From NCBI GenBank assembly GCA_965263035.1, contig OZ253580.1, positions 1,984,001 through 2,048,000 of the forward strand: 64,000 nucleotides of DNA, read 5' to 3'. Positions 1 to 8,633 of this stretch are shown here, one piece after another. The stretch is from Acidobacteriota bacterium (GTDB taxonomy: Bacteria > Acidobacteriota > UBA6911 > RPQK01 > JAJDTT01). Position 1 is the first letter of the stretch. Every line of letters starts with the position of its first letter. The position numbers and the translations under genes are program-made. The notes beneath the pieces are model-generated. The model made no database searches, was not told where the DNA came from, and saw only the letters and a program-made list of their open reading frames with translations.

Positions 1-101
1 CCGGCGCCTTGATCGAACCCGATTGACAATGGAACAAAAGAATTCTCGCCCCTCCCAGGGCCGAGACGACGGGTTGAACGACGGAAAGGTGAGGACATGA
101 C

Positions 102-815
102 ATGCGGGTCGTTCTGATTGGCTGCGAGTACGCGGGCACCACCACGCTGGCCGACGGCATCCAGCGCTGGAGCCATGAGGTCATGGGCGAGGGCAACGGC
201 CTGGCGGCCTTCCATGACCACTGGAAGATCCCGCACATCAGCGGGCATCCCGGGCTCGACGACGAGAACCTGTTCACACCCGAAGAGCAGGAGCAGTTCC
301 TGGCCCTGACTCCCAAGACCAAGGAGATGGTCCAGCGCTACAGCATCACCTATCACCTCACCGCCGGCGCCCTGCGCAACCCGGATTACGTTTCGGTCGG
401 CCTCCACATCGAAAACGCCATCTACGGGGCGCTGTACTTCGGCTACTACACCGGAGAGCAGGCCTGGATGCGCCGGGCCATTCTGGACCACTTCGAAGAG
501 AGCATCCTGGAATTCGCGCCCGACATGCCGCTGGTGCTGGTCAAGGCTTCGCCGGAGGCCATCGCCCGGCGGATGAAGGAGGATCCTCATCCCAACGGTG
601 TCCTGCAGGAAACCGATATCGATCGGGTGCTGGAAGAATTCGCGGCCGGGTTCGAACGGTCGTCCATGCGCAACAAGTTCAGCATCGACACGACTCGGAG
701 GACTCCGGAGGAGACGTTGGCCCGGTTCCTGGAAAAGTTCGAGCCCCACCTCAACGAGACCGACAAGCTCCGCATCCTGATTCACCGGGCCCGTCAGCGG
801 AGCGAGTGGATCTGA
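102..815 (+). CDS. P-loop NTPase / nucleoside-monophosphate-kinase-like protein with variant Walker A
   Basis: N-terminal beta strand followed by GCEYAGTTT (Walker A-like, Lys replaced by Thr); later LVLVKASPEAIARRM segment resembles TMK/AK fold; GAGGA RBS-like sequence upstream. Confidence 0.6.
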   Translation: MRVVLIGCEYAGTTTLADGIQRWSHEVMGEGNGLAAFHDHWKIPHISGHPGLDDENLFTPEEQEQFLALTPKTKEMVQRYSITYHLTAGALRNPDYVSVGLHIENAIYGALYFGYYTGEQAWMRRAILDHFEESILEFAPDMPLVLVKASPEAIARRMKEDPHPNGVLQETDIDRVLEEFAAGFERSSMRNKFSIDTTRRTPEETLARFLEKFEPHLNETDKLRILIHRARQRSEWI

Positions 816-842
816 GCGGCGGCCGGGAGCAATGAGCACACC

Positions 843-1889
843 ATGACGGACACCATCCGGGTCGGCATCATCGGAGCCGGCAAGATCGCCCAGAACCGGC
901 ACCTCCCGCTGTTGCAACAGGTTCCGGGGGTCGAGATCACTCACGCCTGGTCCCGCCGCGAGGAAACGGCTCAAACGGCGGCCCAGAGGTTCAATATTCC
1001 CAACTTGGCCGACCGGTGGGAGCGGATCATCGAGAACCGCGACATCGACGCCGTGGTGATCGCCACGCCGCCCAACCTCCACCTGCCGGCCACCGTGGCC
1101 GCCCTGGATGCCGGCAAGCATGTCCTCTGCCAGGCGCGGATGGCGCGCAACCTGAAGGAGGCTCTCCGGATGCTGGACGCCTCCCGGAAAACCGACTTGG
1201 TCACCTCCCTATATGCGGCCGGTTTCGGCCTCAAGGGGGACCGGGTGATGCGGCGGCTGATGGGGCAAGGCTACGTGGGGGACCTCCTGGAAGTGCGGGT
1301 CACGTCGCTGCTTCCGGCCGTTCCCGAGGCGGGCGCCTGGCTGGTGGACCCGGAAGTGGTCGGCGTCAACACCATGATGCTGGGGATCCTGGCCGAGGTC
1401 GTCTACCGCTGGATCGATCCTCCCGTTTCCCTGATCGCCACCACCGGCGAAGACCGGTTGGACGTGCCCCAGTCCCTTTCCATCGGAGCCGAGTTGCAGG
1501 GAGGAGCCACCGCCAGCTTCCATCTTTCGTTCCGGGTACCCCGGGGTCCGGGCAGCTCGGTGGAGATCTACGGGACCCAGGGGGTGCTGGACTACAAGCT
1601 GCTGGTGGAGAAGCCGGGAGGCCTGGTGGAGGACGAGGAGCTGTTCGGCATGACCCGCGGGGACGCGGGCATGCACCGCATCGAGATGCCGCCGGAGGAA
1701 CAGCGGGACCGGACCATGGACGCCGAGTTCATCGAGGCCATCCGCAACGGCACACCGGTGGCTCCGGATTTCGCCGAGGGCGTCCGCTACATGGAGTTCT
1801 GCGAGGCGGTGGCTCAGTCGATCTACGAAGGCAGGAGGATTTCGATGCCACCCGAGCCGAAGATGGACTCCTGGGGCCGGCCGCTGTAA
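843..1889 (+). CDS. Gfo/Idh/MocA family oxidoreductase
   Basis: IRVGIIGAGKIA Rossmann motif; DIDAVVIATPPNLH...AALDAGKHVLCQ (variant of EKP motif). Confidence 0.9.
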   Translation: MTDTIRVGIIGAGKIAQNRHLPLLQQVPGVEITHAWSRREETAQTAAQRFNIPNLADRWERIIENRDIDAVVIATPPNLHLPATVAALDAGKHVLCQARMARNLKEALRMLDASRKTDLVTSLYAAGFGLKGDRVMRRLMGQGYVGDLLEVRVTSLLPAVPEAGAWLVDPEVVGVNTMMLGILAEVVYRWIDPPVSLIATTGEDRLDVPQSLSIGAELQGGATASFHLSFRVPRGPGSSVEIYGTQGVLDYKLLVEKPGGLVEDEELFGMTRGDAGMHRIEMPPEEQRDRTMDAEFIEAIRNGTPVAPDFAEGVRYMEFCEAVAQSIYEGRRISMPPEPKMDSWGRPL

Positions 1890-1934
1890 GTCGTTCACAA
1901 CTCACCCACAGTTTTCCCAGAAGTTTTCCACAAC

Positions 1935-3428
1935 TTGGAACAAGCCAGCTTCGGCACCCTCAACTCCCTGGTTCTGGTGGCCTATCTGCTCGGGGTCACC
2001 GTGCTGGCGCTGTCACTGGCGGGACGCCAGCGGGACACCGAGTCCTATTTTCTGGCCGGACGGAGCATGCCCTGGCTCGCCGTCGCGTTGAGCACCGTCG
2101 CCAGCATGCTGAGCGGTCTCACCTATCTGGGGGCTCCGGCGGCGTCCTACAAGGACAACGCCTCCCTCATGCTGGCGGGACCGGCGGCACTGGTCGCCAC
2201 GCCGCTGATCATCGCCCTCTACTTCCCCATCTACCGGAGGCTCAAGGTCACCACCGTCTACGAGTACGTCAGCGCCCGTTTCGGGAACCGGGCGCGGTAC
2301 GCCGCCTCGGCCCTGGCCATACTCCAGATCCAGGGCTGGATGGGAATCGCCCTCTACGCGCCGGCCCTGGCTCTTTCCACCGTCTCCGGGATCGATCTGA
2401 CCCGCGCCATCCTGCTGATGGGGCTGGTGGCCACGGCGTATACCTGCACCGGAGGCCTGGCGGCCGTGATCTGGACCGACGTGATCCAGTTCCTGATCCT
2501 GACGGCGGGCGCGGTGCTGGTCGCCTTCTCCCTGGTCGAGAGGCTCCCGGGAGGCCTGGATCAATTTTTCGAGATCGTGACCACCGCAGACAAGCTGGGC
2601 CTGGCCGACACCCGCTTCGATTTTGCCGAGGCCACCGGGCTGGCGGTGGTCCTCTGTTACTTCATCGCGGGCTTCGGATACGGAAACAACCAAGTGGTCA
2701 TGCAGCGCCTGTTCGCGGCCAGAAGCCGCCGCGAGATGGCCCGGGCGCTGATCCTGGATCGAGTTCTGGAAATCCTCGTTGTCGCACTCCTCTACCTGAT
2801 CGGTCTCGGGATCTTCGCCTATTTCCAGGTATTTCCCGAGAGTCTGGCTCCGGGAATCGCCGGTGACCGGATCCTTCCGTACTACATCGTCCACGCCCTG
2901 CCGGCCGGCGTCTCGGGCCTGCTCATCGCCGCCATCTTCGCCGCGGCCATGTCCACGGTGGATTCGGGAATCCATTCCGCGGCCACCTTGATCCAGGTTG
3001 ATTTCGTGGCGCCCCTCAGGCAACGGCCTTTGACCCAGCGCCAGAGTCTGGCGCTGGCGCGAGCCATGACGGCGGGTCTGGGCCTGCTGGCGACCGCCGC
3101 CGCCCTGTTTGTGTCGGAAGGCGCCGGCATTCTGGACACCATGAGCAAGGTGGGCAGCCTCACGGCCGCCCCCGTCACGGCTCTCTTTCTGCTGGGAATC
3201 CTGACCCGGAGGGGACATTTCCTGGGTTGGCTGGCCGCCACCCTGGGGATCTCGATACCGCTCAGCATCTACGTGCAGAACTTCGTCGAGATGCACTGGA
3301 TCTTCTACACGCCCATCGCACTGGTGAGCTGCCTGTCCGGGTCCTGGATCTTCAGTCTGCTGCTGAGATCCGGGTCGAGCCAGGATCGCGACGTTACGGG
3401 ATTGACCATCTGGGAACCGCGAGACTGA
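1935..3428 (+). CDS. Sodium:solute symporter (SSS) family transporter
   Basis: YFLAGRSMPW, YEYVSARFG, GGLAAVIWTDVIQ, AAIFAAAMSTVDSGIHS motifs; many hydrophobic helices; TTG start uncertain. Confidence 0.92.
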   Translation: MEQASFGTLNSLVLVAYLLGVTVLALSLAGRQRDTESYFLAGRSMPWLAVALSTVASMLSGLTYLGAPAASYKDNASLMLAGPAALVATPLIIALYFPIYRRLKVTTVYEYVSARFGNRARYAASALAILQIQGWMGIALYAPALALSTVSGIDLTRAILLMGLVATAYTCTGGLAAVIWTDVIQFLILTAGAVLVAFSLVERLPGGLDQFFEIVTTADKLGLADTRFDFAEATGLAVVLCYFIAGFGYGNNQVVMQRLFAARSRREMARALILDRVLEILVVALLYLIGLGIFAYFQVFPESLAPGIAGDRILPYYIVHALPAGVSGLLIAAIFAAAMSTVDSGIHSAATLIQVDFVAPLRQRPLTQRQSLALARAMTAGLGLLATAAALFVSEGAGILDTMSKVGSLTAAPVTALFLLGILTRRGHFLGWLAATLGISIPLSIYVQNFVEMHWIFYTPIALVSCLSGSWIFSLLLRSGSSQDRDVTGLTIWEPRD

Positions 3429-3505
3429 CCCCTGCCTACCGATCGGTTTCTGTCCAACACCGGCAAGTCGACGTCATCAATAGTGGCGGATTGCAAACGT
3501 ACACC

Positions 3506-3590
3506 GTAGGGGCACCCCTTGTGGGTGCCCTCTTCGTTCCAAGCGCTCGGCAACCGACAGGAAGAGGGCGACCATAAGGGTCGCCCCTAC
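3506..3590. repeat. GTAG-type REP doublet (REPIN-like), copy 1
   Basis: GTAGGGGCACCCCTTGTGGGTGCCCT ... AGGGCGACCATAAGGGTCGCCCCTAC: two inverted hairpin REPs; recurs at 6613 and 6748. Confidence 0.85.
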
Positions 3591-3618
3591 GAAAGGGACG
3601 GGGGAAAGTCCAGGATTA

Positions 3619-3645
3619 AACAGCATGACGACATGCTGTTATGAT
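3619..3645 (+). promoter_or_regulatory. Operator palindrome overlapping extended -10 promoter of the TA operon
   Basis: AACAGCATG-ACGA-CATGCTGTT perfect 9-bp inverted repeat (3619-3640) overlapping TGnTATGAT (3637-3645); ATG at 3652 with no RBS, consistent with a leaderless mRNA. Confidence 0.65.
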
Positions 3646-3822
3646 GGCACCATGGTTCGAACTCAGATTCAATTTGAAGAGAGACAATACCAGCAGATCC
3701 GGACTCTGGCTCATCGAAAGAGGATTTCCATTTCCGAAGCGGTTCGCCGCCTCGTCCGCCAGAGTCTCCGGGAAGGTTTAAAGCAAAAACAGACCGGCGT
3801 GGAGGCCCTGTTGAGCATTGCC

Positions 3823-5818
3823 CCCAGATTATTCATGGGACATGTTGATAAGGGCTTCCGACCCGGCGTTTTCGTGCGGTCGCAGCCCGGTTTCTCTTGA
3901 ACCTCTTTCGATTCGACTGAATCGGCTCAAAAACAGGACGATTGAACCAGTCATAAACCATTTACCGGCCAGGGGGACCGTCACCCGCCGAAAGATTGAC
4001 TTTCCGGCCAGAAATCCCCACCGTTTCGGTCCCTTCCACGGGCCCGATTTCTCCTCCGTCCCCTATCCCGGCGCCCAGGACACCCGCGCCAGGCTCTGCC
4101 ACAACCGCTTCCAGTCTGTCGCCCCTTGACTGATGACGAAAATCAATCGCCTCCCCTGACGTAGCGCCCGAGATGCCACTCGCAACACCCGCTCGCGAAA
4201 ACGACGCAGACTCCAGCCCCGACGCGTCGCCTGCTCCATCAGCACCCGACCCAGGTGCAGGATCTCGTACCCCAGCAGATTCAGCAGGAACAAGACTTCG
4301 TTGTGGGGTCGAACCCCGGCCTCCGTCGTCGCTTCCGGCTTCGCTCCCGGCTTCAGCGGTTGGCCCCGATAGTGCGTCTTGGGCCGGCTCGCGGAGGACA
4401 AGGCCGGATCGAGCACGTCCATCAACTCCCCCATGTGGCCTTCCGCCTTCCCCCGCTTTCGATACTGTGCCAGCAACTCCTGAGCCTGGTATCGTTTCCG
4501 GCTCAGGCTCGTCAGCAGCCAGAAATGATCCGGATACAACTCCCCCAGTCGCTCCCGCACCACCAGCACCACCCGGCGCGCCCGATCCCAACTCTCCGCC
4601 TGATAGGTCAGCTCATGGAACCAGAGCCTCGGCGGTGCATCCGGGGATCGCCCCGCCGGTTGGGTCAAGTAGGGCTTCGCCATCCGGTTCAGGACCTCAT
4701 TCTTGCGGATTCGAGCGATATAGGGCACGCTTCTCGACTCCAGCCCCTTCAGCAGCCCCGGCTCCGGGAACCCCGCATCCATCCGCACGATCATCGAGCC
4801 GCACAGGCGCCCGCGACAGCGGTCCACCACCCGTAGCGTCAACTTCAGCGCCTGCTTCCCCAGGTAGCTGGCCCCCGGATAAATCTCCCCGTCGATCAGG
4901 TCCCCCGTCTCGGCACAACTCGCCACCAACCCGTGGTACATCCTTTGGCGATAATATCCGTTCCATTCGCTTCCCGGGGGATGCCCATGGACCTCGACCG
5001 GGAGCCCGTCCACGTCCAGGACCATCGTCTTTTTCCGTCTCTTCTTCCGTGGGGTCTTTTCCCCCCGTTTTCGCCGCCGGCCTTCGATCATCTCGATCCG
5101 ACGGCACGCCAGCTCCGTCACCGCCTGGTGCAGGACCGGAAGGTTCTCCTCCCGGCTGAGCGTGTCCAGCAGTCGGGACAAGGTCGGCTGCGACGCCAGC
5201 CCGTGGCCCTCCTCCAAGGCCGCCGTGCCCCGACGGGTCTGGCTCGCCACCCGCAAGCTCGGATCCTGACGCAGGCGGTCGGCGTCGGACTGGTCGCGCC
5301 AGCCCTGCCCCAGCAGCAGGAGTCGAGTCCGCAGCAGATCCGACAGCGGATAGCGGATCGAACTCGGGTGTCGCGGATCGTGCAACCGCTCGGTCAACCA
5401 ATCGATGAGGCCGCTGCGCTCCATCAGCTCCCGTTGCACCAGGGCTCCCGTGTCCGCACTGAGCAACTCGGGGCGGGTCTCGAGGCGGAGGGATCGGTTG
5501 AATGAGGGCCGGATCTGCGGTATCGTCTCAGGCATGGCGTGCTCCGTTCTTTGTGGTTGTTTCTTAGCACTATAATCATACCACAAATGACGGGCACGCC
5601 GTCTCTTTATGCCGCCCCTGGAAGGGGAGAAAACCTTGGAAATGCATGGGTTTCGGACCCCTCTGAACCCAAAGATTAAGGCGGAGTCGAAAACCACGAT
5701 AGCGTTTCACCCACGGCGGCTCTCGACCTTTTTCTGTGGGTATCCCGTAACCCTCTGATCCGACTCGACATGGCGGGAACGCTTTCCCATTTTATGTTTG
5801 TATGATGAATAATCTGGG
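3823..5818 (-). mobile_element. IS1380-family insertion sequence (1996 bp)
   Basis: Perfect 14-bp TIR CCCAGATTATTCAT / ATGAATAATCTGGG; 5-bp direct repeat TTGCC at 3818-3822 and 5819-5823; contains transposase. Confidence 0.92.
4063..5535 (-). CDS. IS1380-family DDE transposase
   Basis: LSADTG, LASQPTLSR, LDVDG..VHG, VRMDAGF, YRKRGKAE motifs; likely start MPETIPQ at 5535. Confidence 0.92.
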   Translation of the reverse strand: MPETIPQIRPSFNRSLRLETRPELLSADTGALVQRELMERSGLIDWLTERLHDPRHPSSIRYPLSDLLRTRLLLLGQGWRDQSDADRLRQDPSLRVASQTRRGTAALEEGHGLASQPTLSRLLDTLSREENLPVLHQAVTELACRRIEMIEGRRRKRGEKTPRKKRRKKTMVLDVDGLPVEVHGHPPGSEWNGYYRQRMYHGLVASCAETGDLIDGEIYPGASYLGKQALKLTLRVVDRCRGRLCGSMIVRMDAGFPEPGLLKGLESRSVPYIARIRKNEVLNRMAKPYLTQPAGRSPDAPPRLWFHELTYQAESWDRARRVVLVVRERLGELYPDHFWLLTSLSRKRYQAQELLAQYRKRGKAEGHMGELMDVLDPALSSASRPKTHYRGQPLKPGAKPEATTEAGVRPHNEVLFLLNLLGYEILHLGRVLMEQATRRGWSLRRFRERVLRVASRALRQGRRLIFVISQGATDWKRLWQSLARVSWAPG

Positions 5819-5894
5819 TTGCCGGCATTGCGGCCAGTGGCGTGAACGATCTGGGCCGTCGTCACGACGACTACCTGGCGGAAACTTACGACAA

Positions 5895-6464
5895 ATGACG
5901 TCGATCTTCGTCGACACCTCGGCCCTCTTGCCCCTCCTGGATCGAGACGATCAAGACCATGATTACCTTGTGAATGCCGTGGGCACTCTCAGCATCTCTC
6001 AGACGGCCTTGGTCACCTCTTCCTACGTGTTGGTTGAAGCGGGGTCCCTCGTCCGTTCCCGATTGGGGGTATCCGCCTTTCGGCGGTTGGGCGAGATCAT
6101 GGAACGTGGTGTGGAAATCGTCTGGGTCGATGAGGAGTTGCATCGTCGAGCCTGGAAAGAAGCCAGTGCTGGAGGCAAGAGAGCACCCGGTCTTGTCGAC
6201 TGGGAGTCTGCGCCGTAGAAATGATCGTAGCGAGAAAGTGGGGAATCGAGGCCAGATTTTCACGATTTGGAGGTGCATAGTCGTTCTATTCGCCGAGAAA
6301 TCGGGGAAATATGGACCGATTCCCCGCTTTCGCAGTAGATTGATTTCTGCGGCGCAGGCTCCTAGGTCAGTTTTCTTCTGATGGCCGAGTTGGACATAAC
6401 GACTGCCCTCGCCCGGGATCGCCACTTCGTCCAACAGGGTTTCAGAATTCTGCCGAATCCATGA
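5895..6464 (+). pseudogene. vapC: PIN-domain VapC-type toxin interrupted by a MITE
   Basis: IFVDTSAL...TSSYVLVE PIN motifs; removing 6204-6365 restores GLVDW-VSFLLMAELDITTALARDRHFVQQGFRILPNP*. Confidence 0.88.
6204..6361 (+). mobile_element. MITE copy 1 (158 bp, non-autonomous)
   Basis: TIR GAGTCTGCGCCGTAGAAAT / ATTTCTGCGGCGCAGGCTC (17/19); flanks CTGG and CTAG; close copies at 30192 and 43809. Confidence 0.9.
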
Positions 6465-6612
6465 GGACCACTCACGAAGCGTAGCAGCCCCGTGTACGGT
6501 CAACCTGAATCAAACGCAGGGCGGAAAAAATAGACTGTCCCCTTGCAGTCCCCGGGTTTCTGCCCTTGTAATTCCCGCGACTTCCATCACCCCGCACTGA
6601 ATATTGGGGACC

Positions 6613-6832
6613 GTAGGGGCACCCCTTGTGGGTGCTCTCTTCGTTCCAAATGTTCGGCAGCATGCAGGAAGAGGGCGACCACAAGGGTCGCCCCGACGAA
6701 ACCGGCAAGACCACGGCATCATTGGTGGCGGATTCCAAACCGACACCGTAGGGGCACCCCTTGTGGGTGCCCTCTTCCTTCCGAACGCTCGGCAGCCAGC
6801 AGGAAGAAGGCGACCGCAAGGGTCGCCCCTAC
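6613..6832. repeat. GTAG-type REP doublets, copies 2 and 3 in tandem
   Basis: 6613-6697 and 6748-6832 repeat the GTAGGGGCACCCCTTGTGGGTG...GGGCGACC-CAAGGGTCGCCCC(T/G)AC unit. Confidence 0.85.
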
Positions 6833-6895
6833 GAAACAGACGGGGGAAAATCCTGGGTTTAGGGTGAGTTAACGCTGCGCATTTTCCTCTGCCCT

Positions 6896-8521
6896 TCAAC
6901 GCCCGTTTCGGAAGCGGAACGAGAAGAGCTTGGCCTGCTTCAGATGGAATCGCAGTTTCACCGGTTTTCCGGCCAGGCGGCCCACATTGTTCGTGCCCTT
7001 CCAGGTCACGGCATGGCGGATGGCGTCTCCCTGGAAGGCGTCGCAGTCTTCCCTGGCGTAGCCGGGTATCGCCCGTCCCGTCTCGGGATCGAGGATTTCG
7101 GCGGCGACTTCGCCCTGGGGACCGGCCGTATTGGCATTGATCTCCAGCCGGTCTCCATCGAAGACCAGCGGCTTGGTCGTCATCGATCCTTCACCCGCGG
7201 TGAGTGAGACGAAACCGTCCAGCCGCAGCGTGGCCAGCGACACCGAGCTCTCCTGATTTCCGCCCCGCCGGACGGCCCAGTGTCCCCGCTCGAATCCCAC
7301 GTAGTAGATCCAGATCTCGCCCAGATCCTCCCGCACCACCGGCTGCTGGGCCACGAAGATCATGCCGGCGTCGTAGCTCCCCTCGGGTCCGTTGGGGATG
7401 AAGGTGCGCCGGTCCCCCACCCGCTGCCAGTTCCTGCCGTCGCGGCTGAAGGCCAGCTGGATGTCGATACGATCCAGCCAGGGATTGCGGGCGTTGCCCC
7501 GGACCGGCGGGACCTCGGGCTCCATTCCGGGACAGACGTGATAGGGGGTGAGGAAGCCGACGTAGACACCTTCGTACTGGAGGATCTCGAAGGTATAGAA
7601 ACCCGCGGTGCAGGGTCCGTCCTCGGCGTCGGGCGGAACCAGGATGTATTTCCGGTTCACTTCCACCGGGTCGCGCATGTCCTTGGGGGCGTCCCAATGG
7701 ATGAAGTCGGGACTGGTGGCGATTCCGGGAGTCCGGACGTTCCCTTTTCTGTTCTTGAAGTGAAACCTGGGATCGTCGGCGAAGAGGGGAGGCTTGAGCC
7801 GGATGTGGGCGACGTAGCGATTTCGTTCCCCATCCCAGAACACCGCCTGGTGGGTGTCGTTGTTCAGATAGACCGGATTCACTTCGGGATACGGGTAGTC
7901 CTTCCAGCGGATGCCGTCGGCCGAATACGCGGCCCAGACGCCGCTCTTGGGCTGGCGCCGGTTGTAGAGCATCTTGTAGCGCTTCTCCGGGTCGGTTTCG
8001 TGAAGATCCTTGAAGACTCCGGGCGCACCCAACCGGTGGGCGTTGCCAAAGACGAAATTGTGGCCTCGGGCCGCCTCTTTGCGGCAATAGGCCGACTTGT
8101 AGTCGAACTGTCCCACCGCCGGCTTCTCCCAGCGGAGGCCGTCCTCGGAGACGTAGTAGCCGAGCAGGCTGGTGGACCAGTCGTAGTTGACCGCCTGGTT
8201 CCACATCTTGAAGCGGTGGTCCTCGCCGTCGTAGACGAGGTTGGGAGAGTTGGCGAAGTGCATGTCCGCCTCCCAGCACTGGTCCATCTCGATCACCGGA
8301 TTCCCGGCATACTTGAGCGGCTGGTTCAGCAGCTTGAAGACGGTGCCGTCCAGCGACTCGATGACGTAGTCGTCGATGAAGAGCTGCTTGCCGGTGCCGA
8401 TCTCCAGCACCGCGGCGCGAATCGGCGGCGCCGACGAGAGCGCCAGGATCAGGGCCAGACCGAGGGCGCCTGCGGCATGGGTTGCTCCAACCCGTTGATG
8501 GGACGTCTTCCTGCGATCCAT
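6896..8521 (-). CDS. Secreted GH32/GH43-like beta-propeller glycoside hydrolase-like protein (subfamily A)
   Basis: Signal peptide; KQLFIDDY, K..GNPV, SEDGLRWEKP, NNDTHQ, SRDGRNWQR, LRLDGFVSL, C-terminal beta-sandwich ending LFSFRF. Confidence 0.75.
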   Translation of the reverse strand: MDRRKTSHQRVGATHAAGALGLALILALSSAPPIRAAVLEIGTGKQLFIDDYVIESLDGTVFKLLNQPLKYAGNPVIEMDQCWEADMHFANSPNLVYDGEDHRFKMWNQAVNYDWSTSLLGYYVSEDGLRWEKPAVGQFDYKSAYCRKEAARGHNFVFGNAHRLGAPGVFKDLHETDPEKRYKMLYNRRQPKSGVWAAYSADGIRWKDYPYPEVNPVYLNNDTHQAVFWDGERNRYVAHIRLKPPLFADDPRFHFKNRKGNVRTPGIATSPDFIHWDAPKDMRDPVEVNRKYILVPPDAEDGPCTAGFYTFEILQYEGVYVGFLTPYHVCPGMEPEVPPVRGNARNPWLDRIDIQLAFSRDGRNWQRVGDRRTFIPNGPEGSYDAGMIFVAQQPVVREDLGEIWIYYVGFERGHWAVRRGGNQESSVSLATLRLDGFVSLTAGEGSMTTKPLVFDGDRLEINANTAGPQGEVAAEILDPETGRAIPGYAREDCDAFQGDAIRHAVTWKGTNNVGRLAGKPVKLRFHLKQAKLFSFRFRNGR

Positions 8522-8633
8522 GTTGCCTCCGTTTGCTGCTCGGGCGTGGCGAGGGGAACTCAGAGTTGGTACAAGAATAGCTCATTTTGGTTCCAGCCCA
8601 TGATGGGCTGCTCCTCGAAACGGAGGATGACGG

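Larger units (their letters stand above)
3652..5898 (+). pseudogene. vapB: Ribbon-helix-helix (CopG-like) VapB-type antitoxin interrupted by IS1380
   Basis: MVRTQIQFEERQ...SISEAVRRLV RHH motif; removing IS 3823-5818 and one TTGCC copy restores ...LLSIA-GIAASGVNDLGRRHDDYLAETYDK* whose stop overlaps the PIN gene start (ATGA). Confidence 0.85.

Noticed and set aside
1016-2866. Long alternative-frame and antisense ORFs here and throughout (e.g. 32533-34983, 59166-61568, 47726-49618)
   Set aside because: Arg/Gly/Pro-rich shadows expected in high-GC DNA, overlapping well-supported genes
6613-6832. Possible CRISPR array (regular palindromic repeats)
   Set aside because: Units are inverted REP doublets with related, non-unique spacers; only 2-3 copies; no cas genes in the window
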